From the NCBI GenBank assembly GCA_040217195.1, contig JAVJNR010000005.1:1-64000 (forward strand): 64,000 nt of DNA, in the 5' to 3' direction. The notes under the pieces were generated by a model that searched no databases, had not been told where the DNA came from, and saw nothing but the letters and a program-made list of their open reading frames with translations. The stretch is from Leptospiraceae bacterium. Lineage in GTDB: Bacteria > Spirochaetota > Leptospiria > Leptospirales > Leptonemataceae. Of this stretch, positions 30,170 through 41,349 are shown piece after piece; position 1 is the stretch's first letter; every line of letters begins with the position of its first letter. The translations under genes were made by a program, and so were the position numbers.

Positions 30170-30871
30170 ATGTCTACCGAATCTGAAAGCAAGCTCAAAG
30201 TACTGATGCTACTGTTTAATCGAGTTACCATTCTGGATTTTATAGCCCCCTATGAAATATTCCGCGGAGTTTCGAACTGGGAGATAACTGTGGTAGGCCC
30301 CACTCCAGGAATCATTCGAGCTGAAGGGGGGCTTGGCCTGGAAGTGCCAGAATCCATTTTTGACCACAATGAGGCAGACATACTATTCATTCCTGGCGGT
30401 GCCGGGATAAACGATTTAATTCCTTCAAAAGATATAAGGCAGCAGATTGCAAAAATTGGTGAGAACTCAAAGTACGTTACCTCTGTATGCACAGGCAGTC
30501 TGCTTCTGGCCGCTGCAGGTCTGCTACGCGGATTTGATGCCACCACTCACTGGCGATTTTTAACGCTATTGCCTCTTATGGGAGCCCGGGCCGTGGATCA
30601 AAGGGTGGTCGTAGATAGAAACCGAATCACAGCCGGCGGTATTACCTCTGGAATGGATTTTGCTCTGCAGCTGGTGCAACGAATCGTTGGTGAAGATCAG
30701 GCCAGTAAACAGGAACTATGGCTTCAGTACCAGCCATCTCCTCCAATGGGAACGGGACATCCCAGTCTTGTCTCTGAATCCCTGGTCCATGAAATAGAAA
30801 ATGAAACCCGGGCGGCGCTGGAATTGCGCCGTAAACTCATAGAGGATGTTCTGAGCCAGGAATCTGCTTAA
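30170..30871 (+). CDS. DJ-1/PfpI family protein (isonitrile hydratase-like)
   Basis: LDFIAPYE, SVCTGSLLL, ATTHW, TAGGITSGMDFAL. Confidence 0.93.
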   Translation: MSTESESKLKVLMLLFNRVTILDFIAPYEIFRGVSNWEITVVGPTPGIIRAEGGLGLEVPESIFDHNEADILFIPGGAGINDLIPSKDIRQQIAKIGENSKYVTSVCTGSLLLAAAGLLRGFDATTHWRFLTLLPLMGARAVDQRVVVDRNRITAGGITSGMDFALQLVQRIVGEDQASKQELWLQYQPSPPMGTGHPSLVSESLVHEIENETRAALELRRKLIEDVLSQESA

Positions 30872-30942
30872 AAAGGTGGCCGGAAAATCGCGCAATTCCC
30901 TTCCTGGTAAGCGAGTACCTCAAAACCTGGCAGCCAGAGTAT

Positions 30943-31614
30943 ATGTCCGAAAAAAAGAAAAGGCCTAGAATCGACCGAAACCTATCAGAAGAAGAAATTC
31001 AGTTCTATTACAGCTTACTGGATGAAAGCATTACCAACTTCGATTGCGGAGATTTATGCAAGGATGCAAACGGCGGCGTACCCTATTGCTGTCAATCCCA
31101 GCATGCCGTTCCTCTTCTGTATAAAAATGAATACAAGTACCTTCGCAGCGTTGGAGATCTGTGGCATGAATGGAGACCCATGGATGCAGAAGATAAAAAG
31201 CTCAAGGAAACGGAAGGCGATGATCAACTTTTCTGCGAATGCAAAGGCGTTGAACATTGCGTTCGCGATGAAAGAAGCATAAGCTGTCGCACATTTCCTC
31301 TGGAGCCTTACCTGGATCGCCGGGGAGTTCTAGTAGGTCTTACATTTATTCGGGACTTTACAGATACGGATCCGGATACAGGTAGAATCAAATGCCCTCT
31401 ATCCAGAAGAAAGGCGGATATCCGTCAGGAATTTGTAGACTCTCATTTCATTTTCTGGGAAAAGCTAATGCTTCGAAAAGAGGATGAATTCGAGACCTAC
31501 CTGGAGACTTCCAAATCCTTACGCCGGGAGAAAGCGCGCACCGGACGGAGATTTGAAATCCTTTATCCCAGCCATTTGCTGGGGTCCAAAACGGCCAGGA
31601 AGTACATCTATTAA
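30943..31614 (+). CDS. YkgJ-like cysteine-cluster protein
   Basis: CGDLC...YCC...CECKG...C...RSISCRTFP. Confidence 0.72.
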   Translation: MSEKKKRPRIDRNLSEEEIQFYYSLLDESITNFDCGDLCKDANGGVPYCCQSQHAVPLLYKNEYKYLRSVGDLWHEWRPMDAEDKKLKETEGDDQLFCECKGVEHCVRDERSISCRTFPLEPYLDRRGVLVGLTFIRDFTDTDPDTGRIKCPLSRRKADIRQEFVDSHFIFWEKLMLRKEDEFETYLETSKSLRREKARTGRRFEILYPSHLLGSKTARKYIY

Positions 31615-31745
31615 CTCGAGCAACAGTCGACTAGCAGGCAGTGATTCGCTGCCCTGTATTCCTGAAGCCTGCAGGACATTTCAACGCAGGAAATTTACCG
31701 GGTAGCATCCCTCTGGGGCGGCATCTCCGGCAATACAGCCGGAGA

Positions 31746-32732
31746 TCAACGGCTGGCGCCAGCAAGAATTGGATTGGTCTGCTTGATTTGATCCAGGATT
31801 TGGTGCGCAATCTGCAAAGTTCTTACATCACTTTCGCCGGCCACGATTGGCTCACTTTCGCCTCGAATACATGACAGAAAATGCAGGTGTTCCTGACGGA
31901 GAGGATTATCCTTGTGAACAAAGATCTTTTCCACGAAGGATTCCTGTCTGTATTTTAGCTCTTCCCGGGTCATCAAATAGGCACTCTGCGCTCGCCGGTG
32001 AATATCAATGTCCTGGGTTGTAAAATCCAGAATAATGTAAGCCTTTTCCTGGGTAATGGTAAGAGTACGAATCTTATTCTGAGTTGCCCGGCTGGCAATC
32101 AAGGAGGCAACACAGCCACCCGGGAATTGCAAGGTGGCCGCGGCCACATCCTCATGATCGCTAAAGGCCGGCGTACCGGATGAGTGGACTTCCACCGGGT
32201 CCTCATCCACCAGGTTTAGAATGATATCCAGGTCATGGATCATAAGATCCAGAACAACGCCAACATCTGATATTCTAGGGCTGAAGGGCGCAAGTCGTCG
32301 GGATTCAATCAAGAATGGATTATCCACTACCTTTTTGAGCTCCAGTACAGCGCCATTGAAACGCTCCACGTGGCCTACTTGCATCATCAAATTCTTGGAG
32401 GCAGCCAGACTTACCAGCTCTCGAGCCTGTTCTACGGTTTCCGTAATTGGTTTTTCCACCAGAACATGGCGGCCCTTCTCCAGAGCTTTCTTGGCTACTT
32501 CATAGTGGAATGCTGTGGGAACGGCAACAACCACAGCGTCAGAATGGTCGATTAGATCGTCGTAAGTCTCAAAAGTGGGAACCTGAAATCGGCCTCCAAT
32601 CTCTTCCCGGCGGGCGGGATCCGCATCGAAAATTCCAGCCAGCTCGTACTGGTTAATACCAGCAGCCACATTTACGTGGTACTGGCCCATGTGACCTACA
32701 CCAATGATTCCTACACGGATCTTTCCGGACAT
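31746..32732 (-). CDS. Gfo/Idh/MocA oxidoreductase
   Basis: GVGHMG, HVLVEKP, VGHVERFN, DLMIHDLD. Confidence 0.95.
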   Translation of the reverse strand: MSGKIRVGIIGVGHMGQYHVNVAAGINQYELAGIFDADPARREEIGGRFQVPTFETYDDLIDHSDAVVVAVPTAFHYEVAKKALEKGRHVLVEKPITETVEQARELVSLAASKNLMMQVGHVERFNGAVLELKKVVDNPFLIESRRLAPFSPRISDVGVVLDLMIHDLDIILNLVDEDPVEVHSSGTPAFSDHEDVAAATLQFPGGCVASLIASRATQNKIRTLTITQEKAYIILDFTTQDIDIHRRAQSAYLMTREELKYRQESFVEKIFVHKDNPLRQEHLHFLSCIRGESEPIVAGESDVRTLQIAHQILDQIKQTNPILAGASR

Positions 32733-32762
32733 GACTCCAGGCTGGTCGCAGGCCAGGGGGGA

Positions 32763-33905
32763 TCAATGAAAACTTACTTTGATTTTGGAAAAAATGGAAT
32801 CATTTTCGCCACTGGCTGCCAATTCCTTATCCAGCTCCTGAACAAGATCCCTGGCCTTCTTGCTTAACTTCTTGGGAGTTTTTACCTGAATCACTACGTG
32901 CTGGTCCCCCTTTCCGTAGCCCCCCATATAAGGCATTCCTTTCCCTTTCAGTCGAAATATTTGCCCGCTTTCGGTGCCAGCAGGGATTTTCATTTTCACT
33001 TTCTTTCCATCGATGGTAGGAACTTCAATTTCTCCGCCCAGAATGGCAGTGCTCACAGGCAGGTTGGCCCGAATGACCAGATCATTTCCTTCCCTCTCAA
33101 ACAGGTCATGCTTTTGAAGATGGGTTACTACGTACAGATCTCCAGCCGGTCCGCCATTGGGCCCTGCCTCTCCTTCGCCAGAAACCTTCAGTCGGCTGCC
33201 AGTTTCAACTCCGGCAGGAATCTTGATATGAAGAGTTCGTCTCTTTTCAGTCACTCCGCTTCCGGTACAGGTTCCGCATGGATCCTTGATCATTTTTCCA
33301 CTGCCATTACATTGAGGACAACTAGTGGTAACACTAAAGAAACCCTGGGTGCGTCGAACCTGGCCACTACCCTGACAGAGAGAGCACATGGAGGGTCGAG
33401 TTCCTTCTCTTGCACCGGATCCACCGCATTTTTCGCAGCTTTCCAGTCGCGGAATCTCTACTTTGATTTCCTTTCCTGTGGATGCCTCTTCCAGAGTTAT
33501 CTCCACATTGTAGCGAAGGTCGTTTCCTCTTCGCAGACCGCCTCGTCCTCGAGCTCCGGCGCCCTGAAAGCCTGCACCGGCGCCAAAGAACTCGGAGAAA
33601 ATATCTCCTATATCGCCAAATATATCTGAGAAGTCTGTGTAAGCTTTGTATCCGAAGCCACCAGGTCCACCGGCTCCGGCACCCACTCCTGCTTTTCCAA
33701 AGCGGTCATAGGCTGCTCTTTTCTCTTCGTCGGAAAGCACCTCATAGGCTTCGGTGGCTTCCTTGAACTTCTCCTCGGCTTCTGCATTACCTCTGTTTTT
33801 ATCCGGATGGTACTGCACGGCCATCTTGCGGTAGGCTTTCTTGATTTCTTCCTGGGAGGCTCCTTTCTGGATTCCCAGCACTTCGTAATAATCTCTATCT
33901 GACAT
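32763..33905 (-). CDS. dnaJ: Chaperone DnaJ
   Basis: HPD J-domain, G/F region, four CxxCxGxG repeats. Confidence 0.99.
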   Translation of the reverse strand: MSDRDYYEVLGIQKGASQEEIKKAYRKMAVQYHPDKNRGNAEAEEKFKEATEAYEVLSDEEKRAAYDRFGKAGVGAGAGGPGGFGYKAYTDFSDIFGDIGDIFSEFFGAGAGFQGAGARGRGGLRRGNDLRYNVEITLEEASTGKEIKVEIPRLESCEKCGGSGAREGTRPSMCSLCQGSGQVRRTQGFFSVTTSCPQCNGSGKMIKDPCGTCTGSGVTEKRRTLHIKIPAGVETGSRLKVSGEGEAGPNGGPAGDLYVVTHLQKHDLFEREGNDLVIRANLPVSTAILGGEIEVPTIDGKKVKMKIPAGTESGQIFRLKGKGMPYMGGYGKGDQHVVIQVKTPKKLSKKARDLVQELDKELAASGENDSIFSKIKVSFH

Positions 33906-34150
33906 AGCATTAACCTTTTAGTATTTCAGGAACTCTTCGTTCTATGGGTGGACGAACTCCACACCCGTCTATCGAACCTGGTCAGTTTCATTCTGCGAAC
34001 CTGGCTTTCGATAGGAATATTTCCAAATAATTGCATGATCTCGAAAGATCTTTTATAACCATCTCTGGCTTTCTATAAATGCTCCCATGCAGCGAGGAGT
34101 GTAAGTCAGCCAACCGCGGCGGGACTTGTACTTCTAGCCGCTGAGCAAGG

Positions 34151-34176
34151 AAGCCGCAGCCCGAAGACTGCGGCTT
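34151..34176 (-). terminator. 11-bp stem with cUUCGg tetraloop after dnaK
   Basis: Minus strand AAGCCGCAGTC-TTCG-GGCTGCGGCTT, 6 nt past the stop; weak U tract. Confidence 0.75.
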
Positions 34177-34182
34177 AACCAC

Positions 34183-36108
34183 TTATTTCTTTTCGTCGTC
34201 AACTACCGTATAGTCGGCATCAACCACTCGCTCATCGGAAGAGCCTTCTTCCGATCCCTGTTCTGCAGATCCAGCGGCACCTTCCTGTGCCTGGCCGGCC
34301 TGACTGGCTTCATAAAGTTTTTGACCCAGTTCCATGGAAACTTTCTGGATTTCATCCCGCGCTGCTTTGATTTTTTCAACATCGTCGGTTTCCAGTGCTT
34401 CTCTGGTACGCTTGATCACATCCTCTGCATGCTCTTTATCAGCAGGATCAACTTTGTCGCCAGCATCTGAGATTGCCTTTTCCAGACTGTAGGTCAGAGA
34501 ATCCGCCTCATTTTTTGCCTCGGCAGCTTCTCGAGCTTCCTTGTCTTTAGAGGCATTTTCTTCTGCCTCTTTCACCATATTGTTAATCTCGTCCTCGGAC
34601 AGACCACTGGTAGTTTCGACTCGGATTTTCTGCTCTTTGCCTGTACCCATATCCTTGGCGGAAACGTGCACAATACCGTTTGCATCAATATCGAATGTAA
34701 CTTCGATTTGAGGTACTCCTCTTGGAGCCGGCGGAATTCCCACCAGGTCAAAGCGAGCAAGAGTTCTATTGTCTCTGGCCATTTCGCGCTCACCCTGCTG
34801 GACATGTACGCTTACAGCTGTCTGGTTGTCTGCAGCCGTAGAGAATACCTGACTCTTTCGCGTAGGAATGGTTGTGTTTCGCTCAATCAATTTGGTAAAC
34901 ACACCACCCAGGGTTTCGATCCCCAGAGAAAGAGGAGTTACATCCAGAAGCAGTACATCCGATACTTCACCCGCCAGAACGCCACCCTGAATAGCAGCAC
35001 CCACGGCAACTACCTCATCCGGATTCACCGACTTGGATGGATCTCTTCCGAAGATCTGTTTTACCAGAGCCTGAACGGCAGGAATTCGAGTCGAACCACC
35101 TACGAGGATGACCTCATCGATTTCTGAAGAGCTCAGTCCGGCATCTTTTAATGCATTTTCGCAGGGCCCTTTGGTTCGATCCACCAGCTTCTGAGTGAGT
35201 TGATCAAATTTGCTTCGACTGAGCGTCAAGTTCAGGTGCTTGGGACCGCTTTGATCGGCAGTCACAAAGGGAATATTGATCTGGGCCTGGGTAGTTCCGG
35301 AAAGCTCAATCTTGGCTTTCTCCGCCGCCTCTTTCAATCTCTGCAATGCCATCTTGTCTTTTCCAAGATCGATGCCAGATTCCTTCTTGAACTCTTCTGT
35401 GAGCCAATCCATGATCGCCTCGTCGAAGTCATCCCCACCCAGGTGAGTATCACCGTTGGTAGATTTTACTTCGAATACGCCATCGCCAAGCTCAAGAATT
35501 GAGACGTCGAATGTACCACCACCAAGGTCGAACACAGCAACTTTCATATTCTGATCTTTTCGATCCAGGCCGTAGGCCAGAGCTGCTGCTGTAGGTTCGT
35601 TGATGATTCGCTCAACTTCCAGACCTGCGATTCGGCCTGCATCTCGAGTAGCCTGTCGCTGCTCATCGTTAAAGTAAGCAGGCACTGTAATCACAGCTTT
35701 GCTTACCGGATGACCGAGATAATCTTCTGCGGTCTGCTTCATCTTTTGCAGAGTAATGGCTGAAATCTCCTGTGGAGTATGCGAACCGAACTCTGTTTCG
35801 ATTTTGATTCCATCGCTTCCGGAGCGTACTGCTTCGTAGGATACGTATTTTTGTTCATCCTTGATTTCGGAGAATCTACGTCCCATGAATCGCTTCACGG
35901 AGCGAATGGTGTTCTTGGAGTTGGTAATGGCCTGGTTCTTGGCGATCTGCCCTACCAGACGAGTGTCTTTGTCCGTAAATGCTACAATGGATGGAGTGGT
36001 TCTTGCACCTTCTGCATTGGCGATTACCACCGGTTCTCCACCTTCCATCACGGCTACGCAGGAATTCGTTGTTCCCAGGTCAATACCTATGATTTTCTCT
36101 TTAGACAT
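34183..36108 (-). CDS. dnaK: Chaperone DnaK
   Basis: [26 protein letters not shown]. Confidence 0.99.
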   Translation of the reverse strand: MSKEKIIGIDLGTTNSCVAVMEGGEPVVIANAEGARTTPSIVAFTDKDTRLVGQIAKNQAITNSKNTIRSVKRFMGRRFSEIKDEQKYVSYEAVRSGSDGIKIETEFGSHTPQEISAITLQKMKQTAEDYLGHPVSKAVITVPAYFNDEQRQATRDAGRIAGLEVERIINEPTAAALAYGLDRKDQNMKVAVFDLGGGTFDVSILELGDGVFEVKSTNGDTHLGGDDFDEAIMDWLTEEFKKESGIDLGKDKMALQRLKEAAEKAKIELSGTTQAQINIPFVTADQSGPKHLNLTLSRSKFDQLTQKLVDRTKGPCENALKDAGLSSSEIDEVILVGGSTRIPAVQALVKQIFGRDPSKSVNPDEVVAVGAAIQGGVLAGEVSDVLLLDVTPLSLGIETLGGVFTKLIERNTTIPTRKSQVFSTAADNQTAVSVHVQQGEREMARDNRTLARFDLVGIPPAPRGVPQIEVTFDIDANGIVHVSAKDMGTGKEQKIRVETTSGLSEDEINNMVKEAEENASKDKEAREAAEAKNEADSLTYSLEKAISDAGDKVDPADKEHAEDVIKRTREALETDDVEKIKAARDEIQKVSMELGQKLYEASQAGQAQEGAAGSAEQGSEEGSSDERVVDADYTVVDDEKK

Positions 36109-36149
36109 CTTTCACCTTCCTTTTATTCCCTTGGAATATTTCTGGGAGC

Positions 36150-36848
36150 TTATGCTCCTGTATGCTCTCCTGAGGCCTGGTTGGGGCTCTCGGAGTGGTT
36201 TGCATCCGAGTTTGAATTTTGAACCTCGGCGGCTGCATTACCGGCCCTGGAGGCAGCTTTTGCCACCTGCACGCGTGCCGGCCGAATTACTTGTGGATTG
36301 CCTTCATCGTTATCACGAATCCAACCTTTCTCATATACCTGCTTAACAGTATCCTGTGTGGCGGAAGGATCCTCCGCCAGGTCCAGGGCTTCCATGTATC
36401 CTGGATCAAATGCATCTCCCGGTTCCACCACAGGTTTGATGTTTTCCCTGGACAGAACGGAGATAAATTCATTTCGAATCATTTCCACTCCAGTCACAAA
36501 GTTCTGAACCTCGGGATTATCGCTCTTGCTGCGAAGTACCAGTTCCAGGTTATCAAGAACGGGGATCAGACCTTTAACAAAGTTTACCACAGCGAATACT
36601 CTGGATTTGGCCATTTCATCCTGGGTTCTCTTTCTATAGTTTACGAACTCAGCTCTTTCGCGAGTCCATTGATCCTTCAATTCCTGAATTTCCTTTTTTG
36701 CCTGATCCAGAGGGTCCGTGGAGCCTTCTGAAATGTTGGACTGTTCTGCACTTTCGTCTACCTGACCTTCCACAGGCTCAGCCTGCGCATCCGGGCTTCC
36801 GAATTGACCACCGTCATGGTGTTCTTGCTTTTTCTCTTCTGTATTCAT
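36150..36848 (-). CDS. grpE: Nucleotide exchange factor GrpE
   Basis: RAEFVNYRKR, LIPVLDNLE, FDP, VIRPARVQV. Confidence 0.97.
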   Translation of the reverse strand: MNTEEKKQEHHDGGQFGSPDAQAEPVEGQVDESAEQSNISEGSTDPLDQAKKEIQELKDQWTRERAEFVNYRKRTQDEMAKSRVFAVVNFVKGLIPVLDNLELVLRSKSDNPEVQNFVTGVEMIRNEFISVLSRENIKPVVEPGDAFDPGYMEALDLAEDPSATQDTVKQVYEKGWIRDNDEGNPQVIRPARVQVAKAASRAGNAAAEVQNSNSDANHSESPNQASGEHTGA

Positions 36849-36889
36849 TGCATCCTCTAATTCTACATTCGCATAAAACGGATTCGGAT

Positions 36890-37978
36890 TTAATTGCTCA
36901 TTCGAGTCATTAATCCGGAAATTAATATCCTCAGATACTCTATGGTGCGAATAGCATCTACATAGTTCATACGATTGGGGCCCACAATACCCATGGCACC
37001 GATGGTTTTCTCTCCCATCTTATAACTGCCGGCCAAAACAGAAAGTCCAGCCAGGCGTGGCTCCTGGTCTCCTTCAATACGAACCATTACATCGTCCAGT
37101 TCCACGGTTTGCTTGAATATGCCGTGAAACATATCCTTCGCTTCATAGAGTTTTCCCAGATCTCGTATCTTCTCTAAATCCACAGAGCCGTACTGATCTA
37201 TAAGTCTATCCAGACCCGAAATAAAGAATTCTTCATTTCCTTTCACGGATTCAAAATGAGCATTCAGTATTCGGGACAACATACCATAATAACCGGTGAG
37301 TTCCCTTTCGCCTGGAATCTCCAGACCAAGTAAATGCCGATGCACTTCATCCAGGTCATGACCTTTGAATCTTTCATTTAGAAAGCGCGAAATCTGCTGT
37401 AGGTAATCCCTGGGAATTCTCTCTTCCACAAACAAAGTCTTGGTATAGACTGTACCGGACCGGGTAGCTATAACCACCAGAACCTCATCCTGTCCCATAT
37501 CGATTAGCTCAATATGCTTGAGCACAGCTCGCTCCGGGGCCGGACCAATAATTACACCGGCAAAGTTAGTAAGTGCAGATAGGATATTTGAAGTAACCTC
37601 CAGCATTTCTCGAATCGAGAACTCTCTGCGAAGGTATTCCTTCTGGATGTATCGTTGCTTTTCTTCAGCGAAATTGGCCGGTGGCAGACGTCCAGGCAAG
37701 GAGGCCACATAGAATCGATAGGCCTTTTCCGTGGGTACCCGGCCGGAGCTTCGGTGGGGGCCATAGAGATAGCCAAACTTCTCAAGATCGGAAAGAATAT
37801 GTCGGATAGATGCAGAACTAAGACCTACATCAAATCGGTCTACCAGCCCCAGACTACTCACCGGTTGTCCGGTTTCAATGTATGTATCCACCACCAGGCG
37901 CAGAATATCCGCCTGCCGCGGACTTAGATCCTCAGCTTCAATGCCGTAGGCTTCCGATTTTTCCTGCTTCTTTGCCAT
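36890..37978 (-). CDS. hrcA: Heat-inducible repressor HrcA (start likely ATG 37978)
   Basis: YIETGQPVSS, SSASIR, PHRSSGRVPT, IVGPNRMNY. Confidence 0.97.
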   Translation of the reverse strand: MAKKQEKSEAYGIEAEDLSPRQADILRLVVDTYIETGQPVSSLGLVDRFDVGLSSASIRHILSDLEKFGYLYGPHRSSGRVPTEKAYRFYVASLPGRLPPANFAEEKQRYIQKEYLRREFSIREMLEVTSNILSALTNFAGVIIGPAPERAVLKHIELIDMGQDEVLVVIATRSGTVYTKTLFVEERIPRDYLQQISRFLNERFKGHDLDEVHRHLLGLEIPGERELTGYYGMLSRILNAHFESVKGNEEFFISGLDRLIDQYGSVDLEKIRDLGKLYEAKDMFHGIFKQTVELDDVMVRIEGDQEPRLAGLSVLAGSYKMGEKTIGAMGIVGPNRMNYVDAIRTIEYLRILISGLMTRMSN

Positions 37979-37982
37979 ATCT

Positions 37983-38009
37983 TTAGCAATCACCCCCCTC
38001 GACTGCTAA
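37983..38009. promoter_or_regulatory. CIRCE operator
   Basis: TTAGCAATC-N9-GACTGCTAA versus consensus TTAGCACTC-N9-GAGTGCTAA, directly upstream of hrcA. Confidence 0.93.
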
Positions 38010-38018
38010 CCACCATCA

Positions 38019-38047
38019 AAGATGGGGCAAAAAAGGGCCATTGTCAA
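38019..38047 (-). promoter_or_regulatory. sigma70 promoter of the hrcA operon
   Basis: TTGACA-N17-CATCTT just upstream of CIRCE. Confidence 0.65.
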
Positions 38048-38116
38048 TCAAAAATTAGCAATTGAGGTCCCCATTTGCTTGTAATGCGACCTCAAGGTCC
38101 CGGGAGCAGACAGGGG

Positions 38117-39226
38117 CTACCAGGTAGAGGAGGCAGCCAGCAGATCGGCCAGCTTAAGCTGATCGGTGGCCGGTAACCCGTCGGTATAGATTATTACAGA
38201 CTTCATTTCCAGCACTGTGTCCAGGGCCCCCAGGACCCCGCCCTCAAGCGGATTTCTGTCATAAAGAGTGATAGCCGTGCTTTCTCCCAGAGAGGCATCC
38301 ACATAGGCCACCTCCGAAAGGAGCATCTGCCTGTGGTCGAAGCGGCCAAAATAGGGAGAATCAACATACGCCTGGATGGCAGGACCATCCGGAGTAAACT
38401 TAACTACGGAAGTAGCCTGGAAGGACCTGGAAATTCCGTATACCAATCCCAGCAGAACAATAAACGAAATGCCCAGAATCAAAACCCATTTATGGCTGTA
38501 CCCCTGTGCTTTCCAGGCTAGTACTGTAAAGTAGGTTGCGATAAACGGAAGAAACAAAACAGGCCAGAAAGCCGGATGAGCTCTGGTATGCCAACGAAGG
38601 ATGCAGCTTCCGTCTGAATGAAACTCGCTTTTTATACTATGAAAAGCATTATTGCATTTTGACTCAGAAGGCAGCCCGGCAGAGCCAGGGCGCAAGCTTT
38701 TAGCCAGGTCCAACTGATATTCCATGGAACCGGCCACCGGTCGATCAAGATGCGATTTCGCAAGCTCAAGCAACTGCTTCATCTCATCGGCTGAGCCGGT
38801 TTCGTAGAGATGAATACTTGCTCCGGTCTTTCGAATCAGTTCCAGGGAATAAGTGTATTTTGTTCGCCCATCGTCATCGCTTTCTGTACTTGTTTGTATT
38901 GCATAAGCTTTGAAGTCCTGAAAGGGTGCGCTGTAGGATTGACCGGTATTATCCTGGATTCTCACCTCTTGCAAATCTGGACGGATTTCTATTTGCAGCG
39001 CTTCGTAAAGCGAATAAGCCACAAAGGGAATAGCAAAAAATGGTACGCTAAACAGTACAAATCCAAGATAAAATGCCCTTTCCGACCAATCGCTGGATTT
39101 GAAAATCACATGATATATGGCTGCTGCAGAGATGAAAGTGGGAAGAGAGAGAATCAATGTCCAGGCCCACCAGGCCAGAGGTTCCTGATGAAATAGTAGA
39201 TATTCGTTTTGTACCTGATAGGCCAT
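38117..39226 (-). CDS. Membrane protein with two TM-hairpin plus soluble-domain units
   Basis: 369-aa ORF with two pairs of TM helices. Confidence 0.75.
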   Translation of the reverse strand: MAYQVQNEYLLFHQEPLAWWAWTLILSLPTFISAAAIYHVIFKSSDWSERAFYLGFVLFSVPFFAIPFVAYSLYEALQIEIRPDLQEVRIQDNTGQSYSAPFQDFKAYAIQTSTESDDDGRTKYTYSLELIRKTGASIHLYETGSADEMKQLLELAKSHLDRPVAGSMEYQLDLAKSLRPGSAGLPSESKCNNAFHSIKSEFHSDGSCILRWHTRAHPAFWPVLFLPFIATYFTVLAWKAQGYSHKWVLILGISFIVLLGLVYGISRSFQATSVVKFTPDGPAIQAYVDSPYFGRFDHRQMLLSEVAYVDASLGESTAITLYDRNPLEGGVLGALDTVLEMKSVIIYTDGLPATDQLKLADLLAASSTW

Positions 39227-39297
39227 GAGAAATCGAAACTTAAGCTGTCAGCCTGGCAAGTAGAAGCTACCGCAATCAGGATTTCCAGAAATTCAAT

Positions 39298-40056
39298 TCA
39301 ATCGTCCAGGTCTTCGATGGAAGTAATTCGAAGATATTCCCTGGCAGCAACGCTGGCTTCCCTTTCCTTGCCCATCTGTTTTAGTATAACAATTCTATTG
39401 TACAGAGCGTCCGTTCTTGTGAAATCGCTTCTAAAAGAACGACGAAAGGAATCCAGGGCCAGGTCAGAACGACCAGAATACCAGAAGGCCACACCCAGAT
39501 GAAAATGTCTTAGACCGGTCTGGGGAGATCGCACTTCAATTCTTTCCTGAACAGCTACGGACTCCTTCAGAAGCTGAATAGCCCAGGTAAGATCCTCTCT
39601 GTAACTGCCTTTTTTACCGAACTCATGATTGGACTGCCTGGGCCTACCGGGATCCTGATAGATCAGGCTCAGTGCCAGGCGAAACCTGATATCATCGTTA
39701 TAGGGCTGGAGTTCGTAGGCTCTTGCAAAGTAATCTCTGGCCTCGCCGTACCTTTTTTCCTGAAACGCTTCCAGACCTTGCTGTCGGATTTCATCAAACC
39801 TGGGGCTGGCCTGAAGGGTGGAATCCAGACACATTGAAAGGAAGATAATCGTTAGAATAATTGCATGAGTCAGCCGAGCTGATGCACAGAAATCCCAGAA
39901 GTTAGTATTATCTGGATGATTCCATCGGTTTCGATACTCTTTGCCGGCAATTGCCTGACGGGAGTCTAAAGATACCCCGGTATTAATCTGTCCGATCTTC
40001 AGGGCAAGTCCAGGTCTACAGAGATGCCTCGGGATCCAGAAGCAAAAGCAACGCAT
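39298..40056 (-). CDS. TPR protein, probably exported (true start likely ~39880-39830)
   Basis: TPR motifs GLEAFQEKRYGEARDYFARAYELQP and HFHLGVAFWYSG. Confidence 0.8.
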   Translation of the reverse strand: MRCFCFWIPRHLCRPGLALKIGQINTGVSLDSRQAIAGKEYRNRWNHPDNTNFWDFCASARLTHAIILTIIFLSMCLDSTLQASPRFDEIRQQGLEAFQEKRYGEARDYFARAYELQPYNDDIRFRLALSLIYQDPGRPRQSNHEFGKKGSYREDLTWAIQLLKESVAVQERIEVRSPQTGLRHFHLGVAFWYSGRSDLALDSFRRSFRSDFTRTDALYNRIVILKQMGKEREASVAAREYLRITSIEDLDD

Positions 40057-41191
40057 TGTTTTGTTTATCGGCCCTGTACTCCAGAGGATAACGCTTCAAA
40101 CGCAGTCTGAACCCGAATTCTCCAGCCAGATTGTGCAATTGATCTTCGATATTGGGCGCTGTTTTGCACAAGAATAGAAATACCTGAGCCACTCCGGTTC
40201 GGATTCCGAGAATCCCGGGTTCGGAGGCTATTAAATCCTGCAACCGATCAAAGAAAGTCTGCCGACCGGGATGCTCTCGAACTCCATCCACTTCCAGAAT
40301 CCAGCGCTGATCAGGGTGCGATCTGCGCAGAAACTTTCTAGTTGTTCGAAATGCTTTCTGTAGAATTCGACGATCCTCCGCAAAGGAATAGGTATGCACC
40401 ATATCGAATATTAAGGGACGAACCAGTTTAAGGAAGTGACTGAGCCTGTGATTATCCTCTTCCGAAAACTCTCGCCTTGTGTCGGATTTATAAAGGAAAA
40501 CGACAATCACTGGATATGGATTGTGCCCGTCGTGAAAAATAGCAGCTCTGCGATATCTGGAAAGTACATCCGTAGAAAACCGTTTCTTCAGGTACGGGTC
40601 CCGATCCGTAAAATCTTTCAGATCAAATTGGACCCAATCCGAGGGCTCCACGTACCGGTCTCGAACCGCAAAATGCAGATTGGATACAGTCTGTTCATCC
40701 AGACCTGCATGTATGGCCGGGCGAAAACTATTGCCCATGGAATCCACCGGTTCAATGGCCACAGCTTCTGCCTGAAATTGCTGCAGCAGGGATTTTAATA
40801 GAAAGTCAAAATGGTGGCTTTCCAGTACCGGACGGGAATGCAAGGAGACCGTGTAGCGAAACAGTGGATTCTCTGGCAAATCTCCAGCCAGGGAATTAAT
40901 CGATGGAATGGGATCTTTAGAATCATGCCGCAGAACCTGATCTCGGGCGGACTGAAATTCTTGATCAAAGATGCGTCCTCGAATGGCCGGAAGAACCGGA
41001 CTTTCCGGGTTCGCTGCTGCCCGGGATTCTGGTTCAGGATTATGGGTCGGGCTGCTTTTTACAGTTGGTCTATGCTCCCTTTCCTTCCTATCTTTGATTA
41101 ACGGGGAAGGATTCGACCGGGAGCGCTCCTGTCGGGCCTGGAGCTCTTTCCAGAGGGAAGCGTCGAATTGGGAATGACTCATGGATTGCAC
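40016..41191 (-). CDS. Hypothetical protein (possible GAF-like central domain)
   Basis: 391-aa ORF with a low-complexity N-terminus. Confidence 0.7.
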   Translation of the reverse strand: MQSMSHSQFDASLWKELQARQERSRSNPSPLIKDRKEREHRPTVKSSPTHNPEPESRAAANPESPVLPAIRGRIFDQEFQSARDQVLRHDSKDPIPSINSLAGDLPENPLFRYTVSLHSRPVLESHHFDFLLKSLLQQFQAEAVAIEPVDSMGNSFRPAIHAGLDEQTVSNLHFAVRDRYVEPSDWVQFDLKDFTDRDPYLKKRFSTDVLSRYRRAAIFHDGHNPYPVIVVFLYKSDTRREFSEEDNHRLSHFLKLVRPLIFDMVHTYSFAEDRRILQKAFRTTRKFLRRSHPDQRWILEVDGVREHPGRQTFFDRLQDLIASEPGILGIRTGVAQVFLFLCKTAPNIEDQLHNLAGEFGFRLRLKRYPLEYRADKQNNALLLLLDPEASL

Positions 41192-41349
41192 TCAACGGAA
41201 AAAGCCGATTAATATAAAAGCAAGGGGATTTCCATTTTTTGCAAACATTGCAGAAAAAAACAGGACATAATGTAACAGGGCTTAAATGGTAATGGAATCG
41301 CGGCATAAGAACCTTGCCATGAAGTCTGAATAAGGAAAAAGGAGCCAAT

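Noticed and set aside
32898..36731. Long plus-strand ORFs opposite dnaJ, dnaK and grpE
   Set aside because: Antisense shadows of highly conserved genes
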